A DNA stretch of 64,000 nt from the IMG/VR virus record IMGVR_UViG_3300031519_004372, positions 71,782-135,781 of that record. One strand, given 5' to 3'. Numbering within the stretch: position 1 is the first letter of the stretch; every line of letters begins with the position of its first letter. Of the stretch, positions 46,114 to 55,814 are shown one piece after another. The stretch is from a virus. The notes under the pieces are model-generated. The model saw nothing but the letters and a program-made list of their open reading frames with translations. It had not been told where the DNA came from and searched no databases. Made by a program: the position numbers and the translations under genes.

Positions 46114-46485
46114 ATGGCATCTTTACCATCAACTAATGCAACTGAAGGCAGTGATAAGAAAGTTACTGATTTTTTTGACAAATATTATACTAAATCATTA
46201 AGTTTTCCAACCAATGATGTTAACGCAGTATTAGGATTTTTTGAAAAAAGAGGTTTTAGTACATCAGCATCTGCGGCAGTGGCTAGTATATTATTATCAC
46301 AAGCAAAATTAGATAGTATTCCGGTATTTCAACTTTTAGATACATTAAAAGGATTACAAGAAACGCAGTTAAGTAATGTGGTTGCTGAAATATTAAATTA
46401 TAATAGAGACAGAACTAGCTCAATTGGGTATTCAACAGCAAATCAACTTACAGAAAAGACAGAACGCAGAAATATAATGGTGTAA
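46114..46485 (+). CDS. Hypothetical phage protein
   Basis: 123-aa ORF tightly packed in the operon. Confidence 0.6.
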   Translation: MASLPSTNATEGSDKKVTDFFDKYYTKSLSFPTNDVNAVLGFFEKRGFSTSASAAVASILLSQAKLDSIPVFQLLDTLKGLQETQLSNVVAEILNYNRDRTSSIGYSTANQLTEKTERRNIMV

Positions 46486-46488
46486 CCT

Positions 46489-46926
46489 ATGGCAAGATTT
46501 GCACAAGGTAAGTACTCTTTAAAAAATCCAGAAAAATACATTGGCACAAAAGTTCCAACATATCGATCAAGTTGGGAATTTGCATTTATGCGATTCTGTG
46601 ATGAACATGCTAGTGTATCTAATTGGGCAAGCGAAGCAGTAAAAATTCCATACAGAAACCCACTAAGTGGTAAATTTACAATATACGTTCCAGACTTCTT
46701 TATTACATATGTAAATGCACAAGGAAAACAACATGTTGAACTTATTGAAGTAAAACCTGCAAGTCAAACTTTTGAAAACAAGTTAGGAAAGAGTAAATAC
46801 AACAAAGCACATTTCGTAGTTAACCAAGCTAAGTGGGGTGCAGCAAGAGCCTGGTGCAAACAAAAAGGAATATTTTTTAGAGTAGTTACAGAAGGTGATA
46901 TTTTTCATAAGGGTAGACGTGGTTGA
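46489..46926 (+). CDS. gp4: Head completion nuclease (T4 gp4-like, TnsA fold)
   Basis: 145 aa; QG.Y...NP.KY.G, YRSSWE..FM.FCD, W.SE...IPY, Y.PDF, IEVKP. Confidence 0.85.
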   Translation: MARFAQGKYSLKNPEKYIGTKVPTYRSSWEFAFMRFCDEHASVSNWASEAVKIPYRNPLSGKFTIYVPDFFITYVNAQGKQHVELIEVKPASQTFENKLGKSKYNKAHFVVNQAKWGAARAWCKQKGIFFRVVTEGDIFHKGRRG

Positions 46927-47135
46927 CATCATATGTACATAAAAATGCAAGATTAAATATAAAAAATAACAGAGCTAAGTTATATATAGACGAGAGAATG
47001 GTTTTTCAAGGATCAGGCTATCCGGGTATAACACAGTTTGTTAACTACTGCAACGATCCAAAAGTAACAAACCAATTTAAAGCACAATTAGAAAGTAGAG
47101 AAACACCTAAGTTTCTAGATATAAAAAAAGAATAA
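46923..47135 (+). CDS. Small hypothetical protein
   Basis: 70 aa; TTG start overlapping the gp4 stop; no recognisable motif. Confidence 0.4.
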   Translation: MTSYVHKNARLNIKNNRAKLYIDERMVFQGSGYPGITQFVNYCNDPKVTNQFKAQLESRETPKFLDIKKE

Positions 47136-47157
47136 TATCATTGAGGGCAAAAATATA

Positions 47158-47361
47158 ATGATACATGCATTCATACTCATAATACTTATGAGCGGAGATA
47201 AAGAACCTAGTCCAATGTATTTTAGGAGCATTGATACTTGCCAATACTATGCTAAACGAATACCAAAAATATATGGATATGTTGGTGGTGACATAAAGAT
47301 TACTGCTTATTGCAAGCCTATAAAAGTTAATCCAAAGACAACACTAGTATACGACCATTAA
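47158..47361 (+). CDS. Small hypothetical protein
   Basis: 67 aa with GAGGG RBS; hydrophobic N-terminus and two Cys. Confidence 0.5.
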   Translation: MIHAFILIILMSGDKEPSPMYFRSIDTCQYYAKRIPKIYGYVGGDIKITAYCKPIKVNPKTTLVYDH

Positions 47362-47393
47362 TATAAGTATAACTAGCTAAGGAATAAATTATA

Positions 47394-47885
47394 ATGACAA
47401 AAAAACTCGAAGAACTTTTAAATTTGCCATCTTCTAAAGAAATTGTAGAAGAGACAAAAGAAAATTCTGTAAAAGCAGAAATAGCATTAAAAGTTCAAGA
47501 TAATACTATTCGAGATATTGCCGAGTTTGACAAAATTGCCGGAGCATTGCCTGCTATAAAAGGCTTGGGTAAAATGGCAGACGACGAGCTTAACGAAATA
47601 GCGGGCAAAGCAATGCAAGCATACGATGACTTAATGGATTTAGGTATGAATGTAGAAAGTCGTTACAGCGGCAGGGTATTTGAAGTTGCTGGCGGGTTGC
47701 TTAAAACTAGTTTAGATGCTAAAGTAGCTAAACTTAATAATAAATTAAAAGTAGTTGAATTACAACTTAAAAAAGAAAAATTAAATAACGATAGTATAGA
47801 AGGAAGTTCTATAACTTCTGGAGAAGGCTATGTAGTTACTGATAGGAATAGTTTACTTGAAAAACTTAAGAGTATGGATAAATAA
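47394..47885 (+). CDS. Probable terminase small subunit (gp16-like)
   Basis: 163 aa, helical; YDDLMDLG...RVFEVA..LLKT...KL..LQ.K pattern; upstream of terL. Confidence 0.55.
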   Translation: MTKKLEELLNLPSSKEIVEETKENSVKAEIALKVQDNTIRDIAEFDKIAGALPAIKGLGKMADDELNEIAGKAMQAYDDLMDLGMNVESRYSGRVFEVAGGLLKTSLDAKVAKLNNKLKVVELQLKKEKLNNDSIEGSSITSGEGYVVTDRNSLLEKLKSMDK

Positions 47886-47913
47886 TGTATAAGACAATAA
47901 TGGGGTTAAACAG

Positions 47914-48471
47914 ATGAAATCTTTTGAACAATATTTAACAGAGTCAAAAAAAACTTATGAATTTAATATAGGTGTTGCTGGCGAATTACCGGACGGCTTT
48001 GAAGACATGTTAGAGACATCACTTAAAAAGTTTAATATAGTAAATATGTCAGCAGGTAAAAGAACACCAATACAAGAACGTCCATTGGATTTTCCAAGAT
48101 TACAAAATTGTGAAGTTACTTTTTTTGAAGTTGAAGTTGATTATCCGACTACTCCACAAGTACTACAAGAATATGTTGGTACTTGCTGTGGCATTGATCA
48201 AGCATATGTTATTGTGCGTAATATTAATGATCCAAGAGAAGAATATCAAAAACCAAAAGATAAAACGCCATATGAATCAGTATTAAATACTGAAGATATG
48301 GGAGGCGAAAGTGCTCAAGATGATGTTGCCGGACCAAGGATAATGAATTTATTAAAAGAGTTAGAAGTAGCTCGGCAAGAAAGAGATATGGATATGACTG
48401 GCGGAGTTACTGCTGGTAAAACTAAAGACATACAAAATGTTGAAAATTCAACAAGTGTTGTAGGAGGATAA
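47914..48471 (+). CDS. Hypothetical protein, possibly head-associated
   Basis: 185 aa; N-terminus MKSFEQYLTES resembles prohead-protease-processed T4-like proteins; TAAATA at 47879. Confidence 0.5.
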   Translation: MKSFEQYLTESKKTYEFNIGVAGELPDGFEDMLETSLKKFNIVNMSAGKRTPIQERPLDFPRLQNCEVTFFEVEVDYPTTPQVLQEYVGTCCGIDQAYVIVRNINDPREEYQKPKDKTPYESVLNTEDMGGESAQDDVAGPRIMNLLKELEVARQERDMDMTGGVTAGKTKDIQNVENSTSVVGG

Positions 48472-48472
48472 C

Positions 48473-49852
48473 ATGAAAGACTTTAAAGAACTTATTAAGA
48501 TTGCCGATGTATATGGCACTGAAACAAAAGGATTAGCTGAACAACGCGAAGCTGAAATTCAGAAAAATTTAGATGAAGGAATGTGGGACGACTTAGTAGG
48601 AGGAATTTCAAGTCTTGCTAAGAAATTAGGAATAGATCCAGCAACAGCTGATAAAGTTGCTAACACAATTTCAACTCAACCAGACGCTAAAGCTGAAGTA
48701 GAAAAAGCAGAGATTCAAGATCCAACTGGTGGCGTAGGTGGAGCAGATGCAGCAGCAAAAGCAGCAGCAGATGCAAAGGTAGCCCAAGATCCAACTGGTG
48801 GCGTAGGTGGAGCAGATGCAGCAGCAAAAGCGGCAGCAGATGCAAAGGTAGCCCAAGATCCAACTGGTGGCGTAGGTGGAGCAGATGCAGCAGCAAAAGC
48901 GGCAGCAGATGCTAAGCCAAAGGCACCAGCAGTATCAGCAAATTTAATGAAAGATTATAATGCTGGCGGAAAGAAACCAATGCCAGCTATTAAAGATTTA
49001 CAAACAAAACTTGCAGCAGCAGGACATGATCCAAATGGTATAGACGGGAAATATGGCCCAGGAACATTTAAAGCAGTTCAAGCATTTCAAACAGCTAACG
49101 GATTAAAGGCAGATGGACAAGCTGGACCAGAAACTATAAAAGCATTATCAAATCCAGGTTTAAATATTACAGGTCCTGGAAATACGGCACCAGCAGCTCC
49201 AGCAGCTCCAGCGGCACCAGCGGCACCAGCGGCTACAACAGGTCCTGATGGTAATCCAACTTCAGTGCCAGCAACACCACCGGCTCCGGCAGCGCCAAAG
49301 ACTATAGCAACAGAAGCGTCAATGAACATTTCAATGAACGGAACTGATGCAGGCGAAGTTGCAGAACTAGTAGATATTCTAAAAAATGCAGGAGTAGAAG
49401 AGCCTGAAGAATTAACAATGAAAAATATGCCTACTATGTCACTTAGTGGACCAGATAGTCCTCTTAGTAAAGGTTCAATAGGCAAAGGTTCATTTGACGG
49501 TGGACCAATGGATGACAGACCAGGAAGTAATATGGATAAATCACCATCAAGCCCATTTGACGGTGGACCAATGGATGACAAGCCAGGTAGTGCAATGGGA
49601 GACAAGAAGCCGTGTGATGTATGTGGTGGAATGCACGAAGAGTATGATGCAATTGTTGCAGAATGGGATAATAGTCCAGAAGAAGCATATGCTGATCATA
49701 ACTATATGACACAAGATTTAAGTGGTGGTATTAATCGTCCAAAGAATTCGTATCCAGCAGTATCAGGTGGAGACAATCCTATGAAACTGTCAGTTAAAGA
49801 AACTCTTTTAAAGGCATTATCAGAAACTAAAAAATCTAAAAAATGGAAATAA
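48473..49852 (+). CDS. Low-complexity protein with a PG_binding_1-type peptidoglycan-binding domain
   Basis: 459 aa; IKDLQTKL...G.DPNGIDG.YGPGT..AV.AFQ..NGL.ADG.AGPET..AL at about 48990-49150; tandem repeats; PAA-rich linker. Confidence 0.75.
   Translation: MKDFKELIKIADVYGTETKGLAEQREAEIQKNLDEGMWDDLVGGISSLAKKLGIDPATADKVANTISTQPDAKAEVEKAEIQDPTGGVGGADAAAKAAADAKVAQDPTGGVGGADAAAKAAADAKVAQDPTGGVGGADAAAKAAADAKPKAPAVSANLMKDYNAGGKKPMPAIKDLQTKLAAAGHDPNGIDGKYGPGTFKAVQAFQTANGLKADGQAGPETIKALSNPGLNITGPGNTAPAAPAAPAAPAAPAATTGPDGNPTSVPATPPAPAAPKTIATEASMNISMNGTDAGEVAELVDILKNAGVEEPEELTMKNMPTMSLSGPDSPLSKGSIGKGSFDGGPMDDRPGSNMDKSPSSPFDGGPMDDKPGSAMGDKKPCDVCGGMHEEYDAIVAEWDNSPEEAYADHNYMTQDLSGGINRPKNSYPAVSGGDNPMKLSVKETLLKALSETKKSKKWK
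48716..48916 (+). repeat. Three near-identical 69-nt tandem coding repeats
   Basis: Units start at 48716, 48785 and 48854 and encode QDPTGGVGGADAAAKAAADAK(VA). Confidence 0.95.
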
Positions 49853-49864
49853 CAGGAAACTACA

Positions 49865-50089
49865 ATGACCGTAAAAAAAGAAACTAAAAAACCAGCAGTA
49901 AAAAAAGCTACAGCAAAAAAGCCAACTAAAAAACAACTAGAGGCAAAAGCAGTAAAAGCAGAAGCGGCGAAAGTAGCGAAAGAAGCAGCAGAAGCAGCAG
50001 AAGCAGTACTTACTCAAATGCCTGGAAGTAACGGTGGTGGTATATATCATAGCACTATTAACATGGCAAAGAAACTTAAATTTTGGTAA
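49865..50089 (+). CDS. Small Lys/Ala-rich protein
   Basis: 74 aa with AGGA RBS; KKETKKPAVKKATAKKPTKK N-terminus. Confidence 0.55.
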   Translation: MTVKKETKKPAVKKATAKKPTKKQLEAKAVKAEAAKVAKEAAEAAEAVLTQMPGSNGGGIYHSTINMAKKLKFW

Positions 50090-50122
50090 ACTATAATAAC
50101 AAGTAATAAAAATAACAATTTC

Positions 50123-50149
50123 AATAGGACCTCCGGGTCCTATTTTTTT
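50123..50149 (+). terminator. Rho-independent terminator
   Basis: AATAGGACC-TCCG-GGTCCTATT followed by a T run. Confidence 0.85.
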
Positions 50150-50162
50150 GAGTAAATACTGT

Positions 50163-51743
50163 ATGAGCAAATCACTAGACGGTGTAATCACTAAAAAAGC
50201 AAATCTAAAGGAAGCATTTTCTGAAGAACAAGTTGCTGACTTAATGGCCTGTTCAGATCCTAAAGATGGATATCTATATTTTGCACGTACATTTGCTTAC
50301 ATACAACATCCTGTAAAAGGAAAATTGTTGTTTGAACCGTTTGAATACCAAGAACGCTTACTTGCAAGTTATCACAATTATCGATTTAACATTAACATGT
50401 TACCTAGACAAACTGGAAAGACAACGTCTGCAGCAGTATACCTATGTTGGTATGCTATGTTTCATCCTGATCAAACTATTTTAATTGCCGCACACAAGTA
50501 CACAGGTGCTCAAGAAATTATGCAACGTATTAGATATGTATATGAACTTTGTCCAGATCATATTAGAGCAGGAGTTACAAACTACAACAAAGGTAGTATT
50601 GAGTTTGAAAACGGCTCACGTATTGTTAGTGCTACTACAACAGGTAATACAGGACGTGGTATGTCTATCTCGTTACTATATTGTGATGAGTTTGCATTTG
50701 TTGCTCCTAATATTGCAGAAGAATTTTGGACTTCTATATCACCTACACTTGCAACAGGTGGTCGAGCTATTATTACAAGTACACCCAACAGTGACGAAGA
50801 TACATTTGCTACTATTTGGAAACAAGCTGAAGATAAGTTTGACGAGCATGGCAACGAAAGTGTGCTTGGACGAAACGGCTTTCATAGTTTTATTGCTAAA
50901 TGGGACGAACATCCTGATAGAGACGAAGCCTGGAAATTAGAAGAAATTGGCAGGATTGGTGAAGAAAGGTTCCGCCGAGAATATGGATGTGAATTTTTAG
51001 TTTATGACGAGACACTAATTAATTCAATATACCTTAGTTCTATGGAAGGTAATTCACCTCTTATTAATATGGGGCAAACTCGTTGGTATAAAAAACCTTC
51101 ACCAGAATACAGTTATGTAGTTGCCCTTGATCCTAGTATGGGTACTGGTGGAGACAATGCAGCTATACAAGTTTTTGAAGTACCAAGTTATGTGCAAGTA
51201 GCAGAATGGCAACATAATCAAACAGCTATTCCTGGACAAGTTAGAGTATTAGCAGACATATGTAAGTACATTGAAAGTGAAATTAAATCAGCTACATCAA
51301 TATATTGGAGTGTTGAAAATAACGGTATAGGCGAAGCCTGTTTGATAGTAATACAAGATTTTGGTGAAGAACATATCCCAGGATTATTTGTAAGTGAACC
51401 AATGCGTAAAGGTCATGTACGTAAGTTCCGTAAGGGATTTAATACTACACACAGTACAAAAATATCAGCATGCAGCAGATTAAAAACTATGGTCGAATCT
51501 AGTAAGATGACTATAAACTCAAAACCATTAATTACTGAACTTAAAGGATTTATTGCAACAGGGTCTAGTTATAATGCTAAGAGTGGCAGCTCAGATGATT
51601 TAGTATCGTCGACTTTATTAGCGATAAGAATGATAGCAGTTTTAAAAGATTGGGATCCTAGAGTATATAATACCTTTACTCAAGCTGACCAGATTGACGA
51701 TTATGAGCCGCCCATGCCTATCTTCATAAGTAGAAACTATTGA
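50163..51743 (+). CDS. gp17: Terminase large subunit (T4 gp17-like)
   Basis: Walker A region LPRQTGKT, Walker B LLYCDEFAF, ITSTPN, nuclease motifs ALDPSMGTGGD and DDLV; start set to ATG 50163, 4 nt after TAAATA. Confidence 0.95.
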   Translation: MSKSLDGVITKKANLKEAFSEEQVADLMACSDPKDGYLYFARTFAYIQHPVKGKLLFEPFEYQERLLASYHNYRFNINMLPRQTGKTTSAAVYLCWYAMFHPDQTILIAAHKYTGAQEIMQRIRYVYELCPDHIRAGVTNYNKGSIEFENGSRIVSATTTGNTGRGMSISLLYCDEFAFVAPNIAEEFWTSISPTLATGGRAIITSTPNSDEDTFATIWKQAEDKFDEHGNESVLGRNGFHSFIAKWDEHPDRDEAWKLEEIGRIGEERFRREYGCEFLVYDETLINSIYLSSMEGNSPLINMGQTRWYKKPSPEYSYVVALDPSMGTGGDNAAIQVFEVPSYVQVAEWQHNQTAIPGQVRVLADICKYIESEIKSATSIYWSVENNGIGEACLIVIQDFGEEHIPGLFVSEPMRKGHVRKFRKGFNTTHSTKISACSRLKTMVESSKMTINSKPLITELKGFIATGSSYNAKSGSSDDLVSSTLLAIRMIAVLKDWDPRVYNTFTQADQIDDYEPPMPIFISRNY

Positions 51744-51756
51744 TAAATATATTATA

Positions 51757-53487
51757 ATGAGAAACTTAAACATCATAGCAGAAGAACTTTTTAATAAAAT
51801 TAGAGGTCGCTTCCCATCAGTTACTATTGGCAACGAAAGTGGCGAAGTAACAAACTTACCCAAAGACGCAAGATTCTTTGATTTTGATTTTAAAGAAGGG
51901 GAACGTTCTTTAGGAAAAATAAGTGTTAGCTTAGACGAAAAGACTGTTGCAATTATGTACAGTAATGAGTTTGTAACACAAGAAGACACTCTTACTAAAA
52001 ATGCCTGGTATGATTTTTTAAAAGAAATAAGGGTATTTGCAAAAAAACGTATGCTTAGTTTTGATACTAGAGATATTACTAAATCAAATCTTGACAAACG
52101 TGATTATAAATTTTTAGCACAGAATCGCCCAGGGGACATTACAATGGAGAGTACAATGTACGGAACAAGTAAAACAAGCTATCAAAACATTGGCGGCGCT
52201 AGATTAGCAATTAAACATTCTAGTCCAATTAACCAAGAACGAGCTGCAGGACGTACACAAAATGTTAGTGCAATTTATATTGAAAGTGCTGAAGGTGAAA
52301 GATTTAAATATCCATTCAAACATCTAAATGGCGCAAGGGCAATGGCTAGACACGTTGCAGAAGGCGGAATGCCATTTGATGACTTTGGTACACATATTGT
52401 TGGATTATCAGAAGAATTAGCAAAACTAAAAAAGTTCAAATCATACATGGGGCGTTCAGCTGTAATGGCAGAAAGTTTAGCAGGGTATAATGATATTGTT
52501 AATGACAGAATTAAAAATGTAAAAAAGACCATTGAAAATATCCAAAAAGAATCACAATATAAAAAGATATCTGAAGAGTTTATTAAACCTGTATTAGAAG
52601 ATGTTCCTAGTGATGTTGCTGAAAATTGGATTGATCAACTTACTATTAAACAATTTAATGAAGAATTAAAAGATGTATTTCCGTACATTTATAAACTAGT
52701 AGGCGAAGCAACTAAAGCTAAAGAACTAGACGCTGCAAATTTATTAGACGAAGGTGCAGAAACAATGGTATGTAAAGATTGTGGCGATGAAATACACAAG
52801 CCTACAACAGATTGTGAACACGACTGTGATGACGAAAACGGTAGTAACTGGAAAGCTAAAGTTAAAGAAGGTGAACAGCCTGCAGACTCGTATGTAGTTA
52901 AGTCTGGCGACACTATTTGGGCAATTGCTGATAGATTTGCAGATAGTAATTATGATGGTGATGTTAAAGCAGGCGCTAAAGACATTATGGAATTAAATGG
53001 TATTACGGATCCACAAAGTTTACAACCCGGACAAAAACTAGAAATTGGGTATTTTATGGGCGGAATGAGCAATGGCGCATCACGAGGTCTACCGCCCGGT
53101 GGCTTCAAATCATACGATGAAGAAATTGATAAAGAATTTGAACTAATGATGGGACAGTTTGGTGAAGAAGAGCCACAACCTGACATGCCTGATGAGAGTC
53201 CGGCAGTAGGACATCCAGGATCCAAAACTAAGATTCCAGTAACTGAATTTATTCTTTCTATGTACGATAGAGAAGTAGGAGCATTTCCAAAAGGAGAAAC
53301 AGCAGTATTAACAGCTATTGAAAAAGATTACGGTGAGAAGTTTATTGAACCATCTAAGAACTTTATTGAAAGAATGTATACTACATTTGCAGAACATTCT
53401 CAAACGATGCAACCAGAACAGGACGATATGGAAAGGCACGACACAGGCGAATACGACAGAATACGTGAGTTAGCCGGCTTAAGATAA
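51757..53487 (+). CDS. Hypothetical protein with a LysM domain
   Basis: 576 aa; YVVKSGDTIWAIA...IMELNGI.DP..LQPGQKL.I at about 52890-53050; CKDC...CEHDC segment. Confidence 0.7.
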   Translation: MRNLNIIAEELFNKIRGRFPSVTIGNESGEVTNLPKDARFFDFDFKEGERSLGKISVSLDEKTVAIMYSNEFVTQEDTLTKNAWYDFLKEIRVFAKKRMLSFDTRDITKSNLDKRDYKFLAQNRPGDITMESTMYGTSKTSYQNIGGARLAIKHSSPINQERAAGRTQNVSAIYIESAEGERFKYPFKHLNGARAMARHVAEGGMPFDDFGTHIVGLSEELAKLKKFKSYMGRSAVMAESLAGYNDIVNDRIKNVKKTIENIQKESQYKKISEEFIKPVLEDVPSDVAENWIDQLTIKQFNEELKDVFPYIYKLVGEATKAKELDAANLLDEGAETMVCKDCGDEIHKPTTDCEHDCDDENGSNWKAKVKEGEQPADSYVVKSGDTIWAIADRFADSNYDGDVKAGAKDIMELNGITDPQSLQPGQKLEIGYFMGGMSNGASRGLPPGGFKSYDEEIDKEFELMMGQFGEEEPQPDMPDESPAVGHPGSKTKIPVTEFILSMYDREVGAFPKGETAVLTAIEKDYGEKFIEPSKNFIERMYTTFAEHSQTMQPEQDDMERHDTGEYDRIRELAGLR

Positions 53488-53537
53488 GCTAGTTTAACCC
53501 ACTTATAAGTTTTTATGTATTTTCTTTAAAAAAACAC

Positions 53538-53566
53538 TTGACAAACGTTATAAATCAGTATATAAT
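53538..53566 (+). promoter_or_regulatory. Consensus sigma70 promoter of the gp32-uvsX-uvsY block
   Basis: TTGACA, 17 nt, TATAAT. Confidence 0.85.
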
Positions 53567-53645
53567 ATAAACTGTGCTATAACACTTAAAGGCACTTGTA
53601 GCAATAACGCTACAGCACATAGGCATAACATTGGAGGCACTAACT

Positions 53646-54659
53646 ATGGCATCATTAGCAGAAATTCGAGCTAAACTAAAAGAACAAGAATCACGTTCAG
53701 GCGGAAATTCTAACAGCGGCGGCGATAACGCAATTTACCCATTTTGGAATATTAAAGAAGGCGAATCGGCAACGATGCGTTTCCTTCCAGATGGTGACGA
53801 CACAAACACTTTCTTTTGGAAAGAACGTTTGATGATTAAACTTCCTTTTGCAGGAGTTAAGGGTGAAACTGATTCACGCCCAATACAAGTACAAGTTCCA
53901 TGTATGGAAATGTATGGAGAATCGTGTGGCATTCTAGCAGAAGTACGTGGTTGGTTTAAAGACGCAAGTCTAGAAGACATGGGTAGAAAGTATTGGAAGA
54001 AACGTTCTTATATTTTCCAAGGTTTTGTAACTGAAAATCCAATACAGGAAACACACCCAGAGAATCCAATCCGTAGATTTATTATTGGCCCACAGATCTT
54101 TCAGATCATTAAGGCAGCATTAATGGATCCAGACATGGAAGAATTGCCAACAGATTATACTGCTGGTGTAGACTTCCGTCTTAATAAAACATCAAAAGGC
54201 GGATACGCAGACTACGGCACAAGTAATTGGGCACGTAGAGATCGTCCGTTAAATGATGCAGAGATGCAAGCAGTTAACACACACGGTTTGTATAACTTTT
54301 CAGACTTCCTTCCTAAGAAGCCAGATGAAGTTGCTATCAAAGTGATGCAAGAAATGTTTGAAGCATCAGTAGATGGCGAAGCATATGATCCGGATCGTTG
54401 GAGTAACTACTTCCGTCCGAGTGGTATGCAAGCTCGTACAGGCGACCCACAAAAAACAGCAAGTCCAAATGCAACTGCGGTAAGCCAAAGTGCTCCAGCA
54501 GTTCAACCTGCTCCGGTACAACCGGCAGTAGAGGCACCTGCTCCGACTGTGTCTGAAACAGTACCTGCTCCGATAGCAGCACCTGCAACAGAAGAAGCTA
54601 AAGTAGGTGGCGATGCAAGTGATATTCTTGCAATGATTCGCTCACGTCAGCAAGGTTAA
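53646..54659 (+). CDS. gp32: Single-stranded DNA-binding protein (T4 gp32-like)
   Basis: RFLP.GD, YWKK.SY, IRRF.IG.QIF..I, G.DF.L.K...GG.ADY..S.W; start set to ATG 53646 after a GGAGG RBS. Confidence 0.9.
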   Translation: MASLAEIRAKLKEQESRSGGNSNSGGDNAIYPFWNIKEGESATMRFLPDGDDTNTFFWKERLMIKLPFAGVKGETDSRPIQVQVPCMEMYGESCGILAEVRGWFKDASLEDMGRKYWKKRSYIFQGFVTENPIQETHPENPIRRFIIGPQIFQIIKAALMDPDMEELPTDYTAGVDFRLNKTSKGGYADYGTSNWARRDRPLNDAEMQAVNTHGLYNFSDFLPKKPDEVAIKVMQEMFEASVDGEAYDPDRWSNYFRPSGMQARTGDPQKTASPNATAVSQSAPAVQPAPVQPAVEAPAPTVSETVPAPIAAPATEEAKVGGDASDILAMIRSRQQG

Positions 54660-54673
54660 TAAAGAAAACATAT

Positions 54674-54694
54674 CTCCGGGCTTTATGCTCGGAG
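54674..54694 (+). terminator. Intergenic hairpin after gp32
   Basis: CTCCGGGC-TTTAT-GCTCGGAG; same GC-TTTAT-GC loop as the gp19 terminator, weak U tract. Confidence 0.55.
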
Positions 54695-54725
54695 GTTACT
54701 TTCTAGCTTTTTATTAGGAGAAACA

Positions 54726-55814
54726 ATGGCTAAATCATTTGATGTTAGCAAGTTCCGTAAGGACTTGACTAAGAGTATCTCAGGCATGAGTACTGGATTT
54801 AACGATCCTACTGATTGGATCAGTACAGGATCATATGCACTAAACTATCTTATCTCAGGAGACTTTCACCGAGGTGTTCCACTAGGTAAGGTTACTGTGT
54901 TTGCAGGTGAATCAGGAGCAGGTAAGAGTTATTTCTGTTCAGGTAACATTGTAAAACATGCACAGGATCAAGGTATTTTTGTAGTCTTAATTGACTCAGA
55001 AAATGCACTTGACGAAAGCTGGCTACAAGCATTACAAGTTGACACTAGTGCAGAGAAACTTCTCAAGCTAAACATGTCAATGATTGATGATGTAGCAAAA
55101 ACTATCTCAACATTTATTACAGACTATCGTGCTATGGATGAAGAAGACCGTCCTAAAGTATTGTTTGTAGTTGACTCGTTGGGTATGTTGCTAACACCTA
55201 CTGACGTTGATCAGTTTAACAAAGGTGATATGAAAGGTGATATGGGTCGTAAGCCTAAAGCACTAACTTCATTAGTCCGTAATACTGTTAACATGATTGG
55301 CTCACTTAACGTAGGCTTAGTATGTACTAACCACACTTATGCATCGCAGGATATGTTTGATCCAGATGATAAGATTAGTGGCGGCGCAGGCTTTATCTAT
55401 GCATCAAGTATTGTTGTTGCAATGAAAAAGATGAAGCTAAAAGAAGATGAAGACGGCAATAAGATCTCAGAAGTTATGGGTATACGTGCTGGTTGTAAAG
55501 TAATGAAGACTCGCTATGCAAAACCGTTTGAAGGTGTGCAGGTTAAGATTCCTTATGAAACTGGTATGAATCCGTACAGCGGTCTAGTTGAATTGTTTGA
55601 GAAGAAGAACTTGTTAGTTAAGCAAGGTAATCGACTCAAGTATATTGACTTAGACGGCACAGAACATCTTGATTACCGTAAACAGTGGCTCGGCCCTAAA
55701 CTTGATATGGTTATGTCACAATACGCAGAAAAAATTAAACCTGTGGTAAATATCGACGAAGTTGATGAAGAAGAAACTGTTGATCAAATCGAGGAGATAC
55801 ACGAAAATGGATGA
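54726..55814 (+). CDS. uvsX: RecA-like recombinase
   Basis: 362 aa; Walker A AGESGAGKS, IDSENALD, VVDSLG, TNHTY, SGG.GF.YASS. Confidence 0.93.
   Translation: MAKSFDVSKFRKDLTKSISGMSTGFNDPTDWISTGSYALNYLISGDFHRGVPLGKVTVFAGESGAGKSYFCSGNIVKHAQDQGIFVVLIDSENALDESWLQALQVDTSAEKLLKLNMSMIDDVAKTISTFITDYRAMDEEDRPKVLFVVDSLGMLLTPTDVDQFNKGDMKGDMGRKPKALTSLVRNTVNMIGSLNVGLVCTNHTYASQDMFDPDDKISGGAGFIYASSIVVAMKKMKLKEDEDGNKISEVMGIRAGCKVMKTRYAKPFEGVQVKIPYETGMNPYSGLVELFEKKNLLVKQGNRLKYIDLDGTEHLDYRKQWLGPKLDMVMSQYAEKIKPVVNIDEVDEEETVDQIEEIHENG

Noticed and set aside
46489-46926. TnsA-like transposase indicating a Tn7 element
   Set aside because: The motifs and position fit the T4 gp4 head-completion nuclease; no tnsB/tnsC or terminal repeats
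48716-48916. 69-nt repeats as a CRISPR array
   Set aside because: The units are contiguous, in frame within a CDS and have no unique spacers; no cas genes in the window
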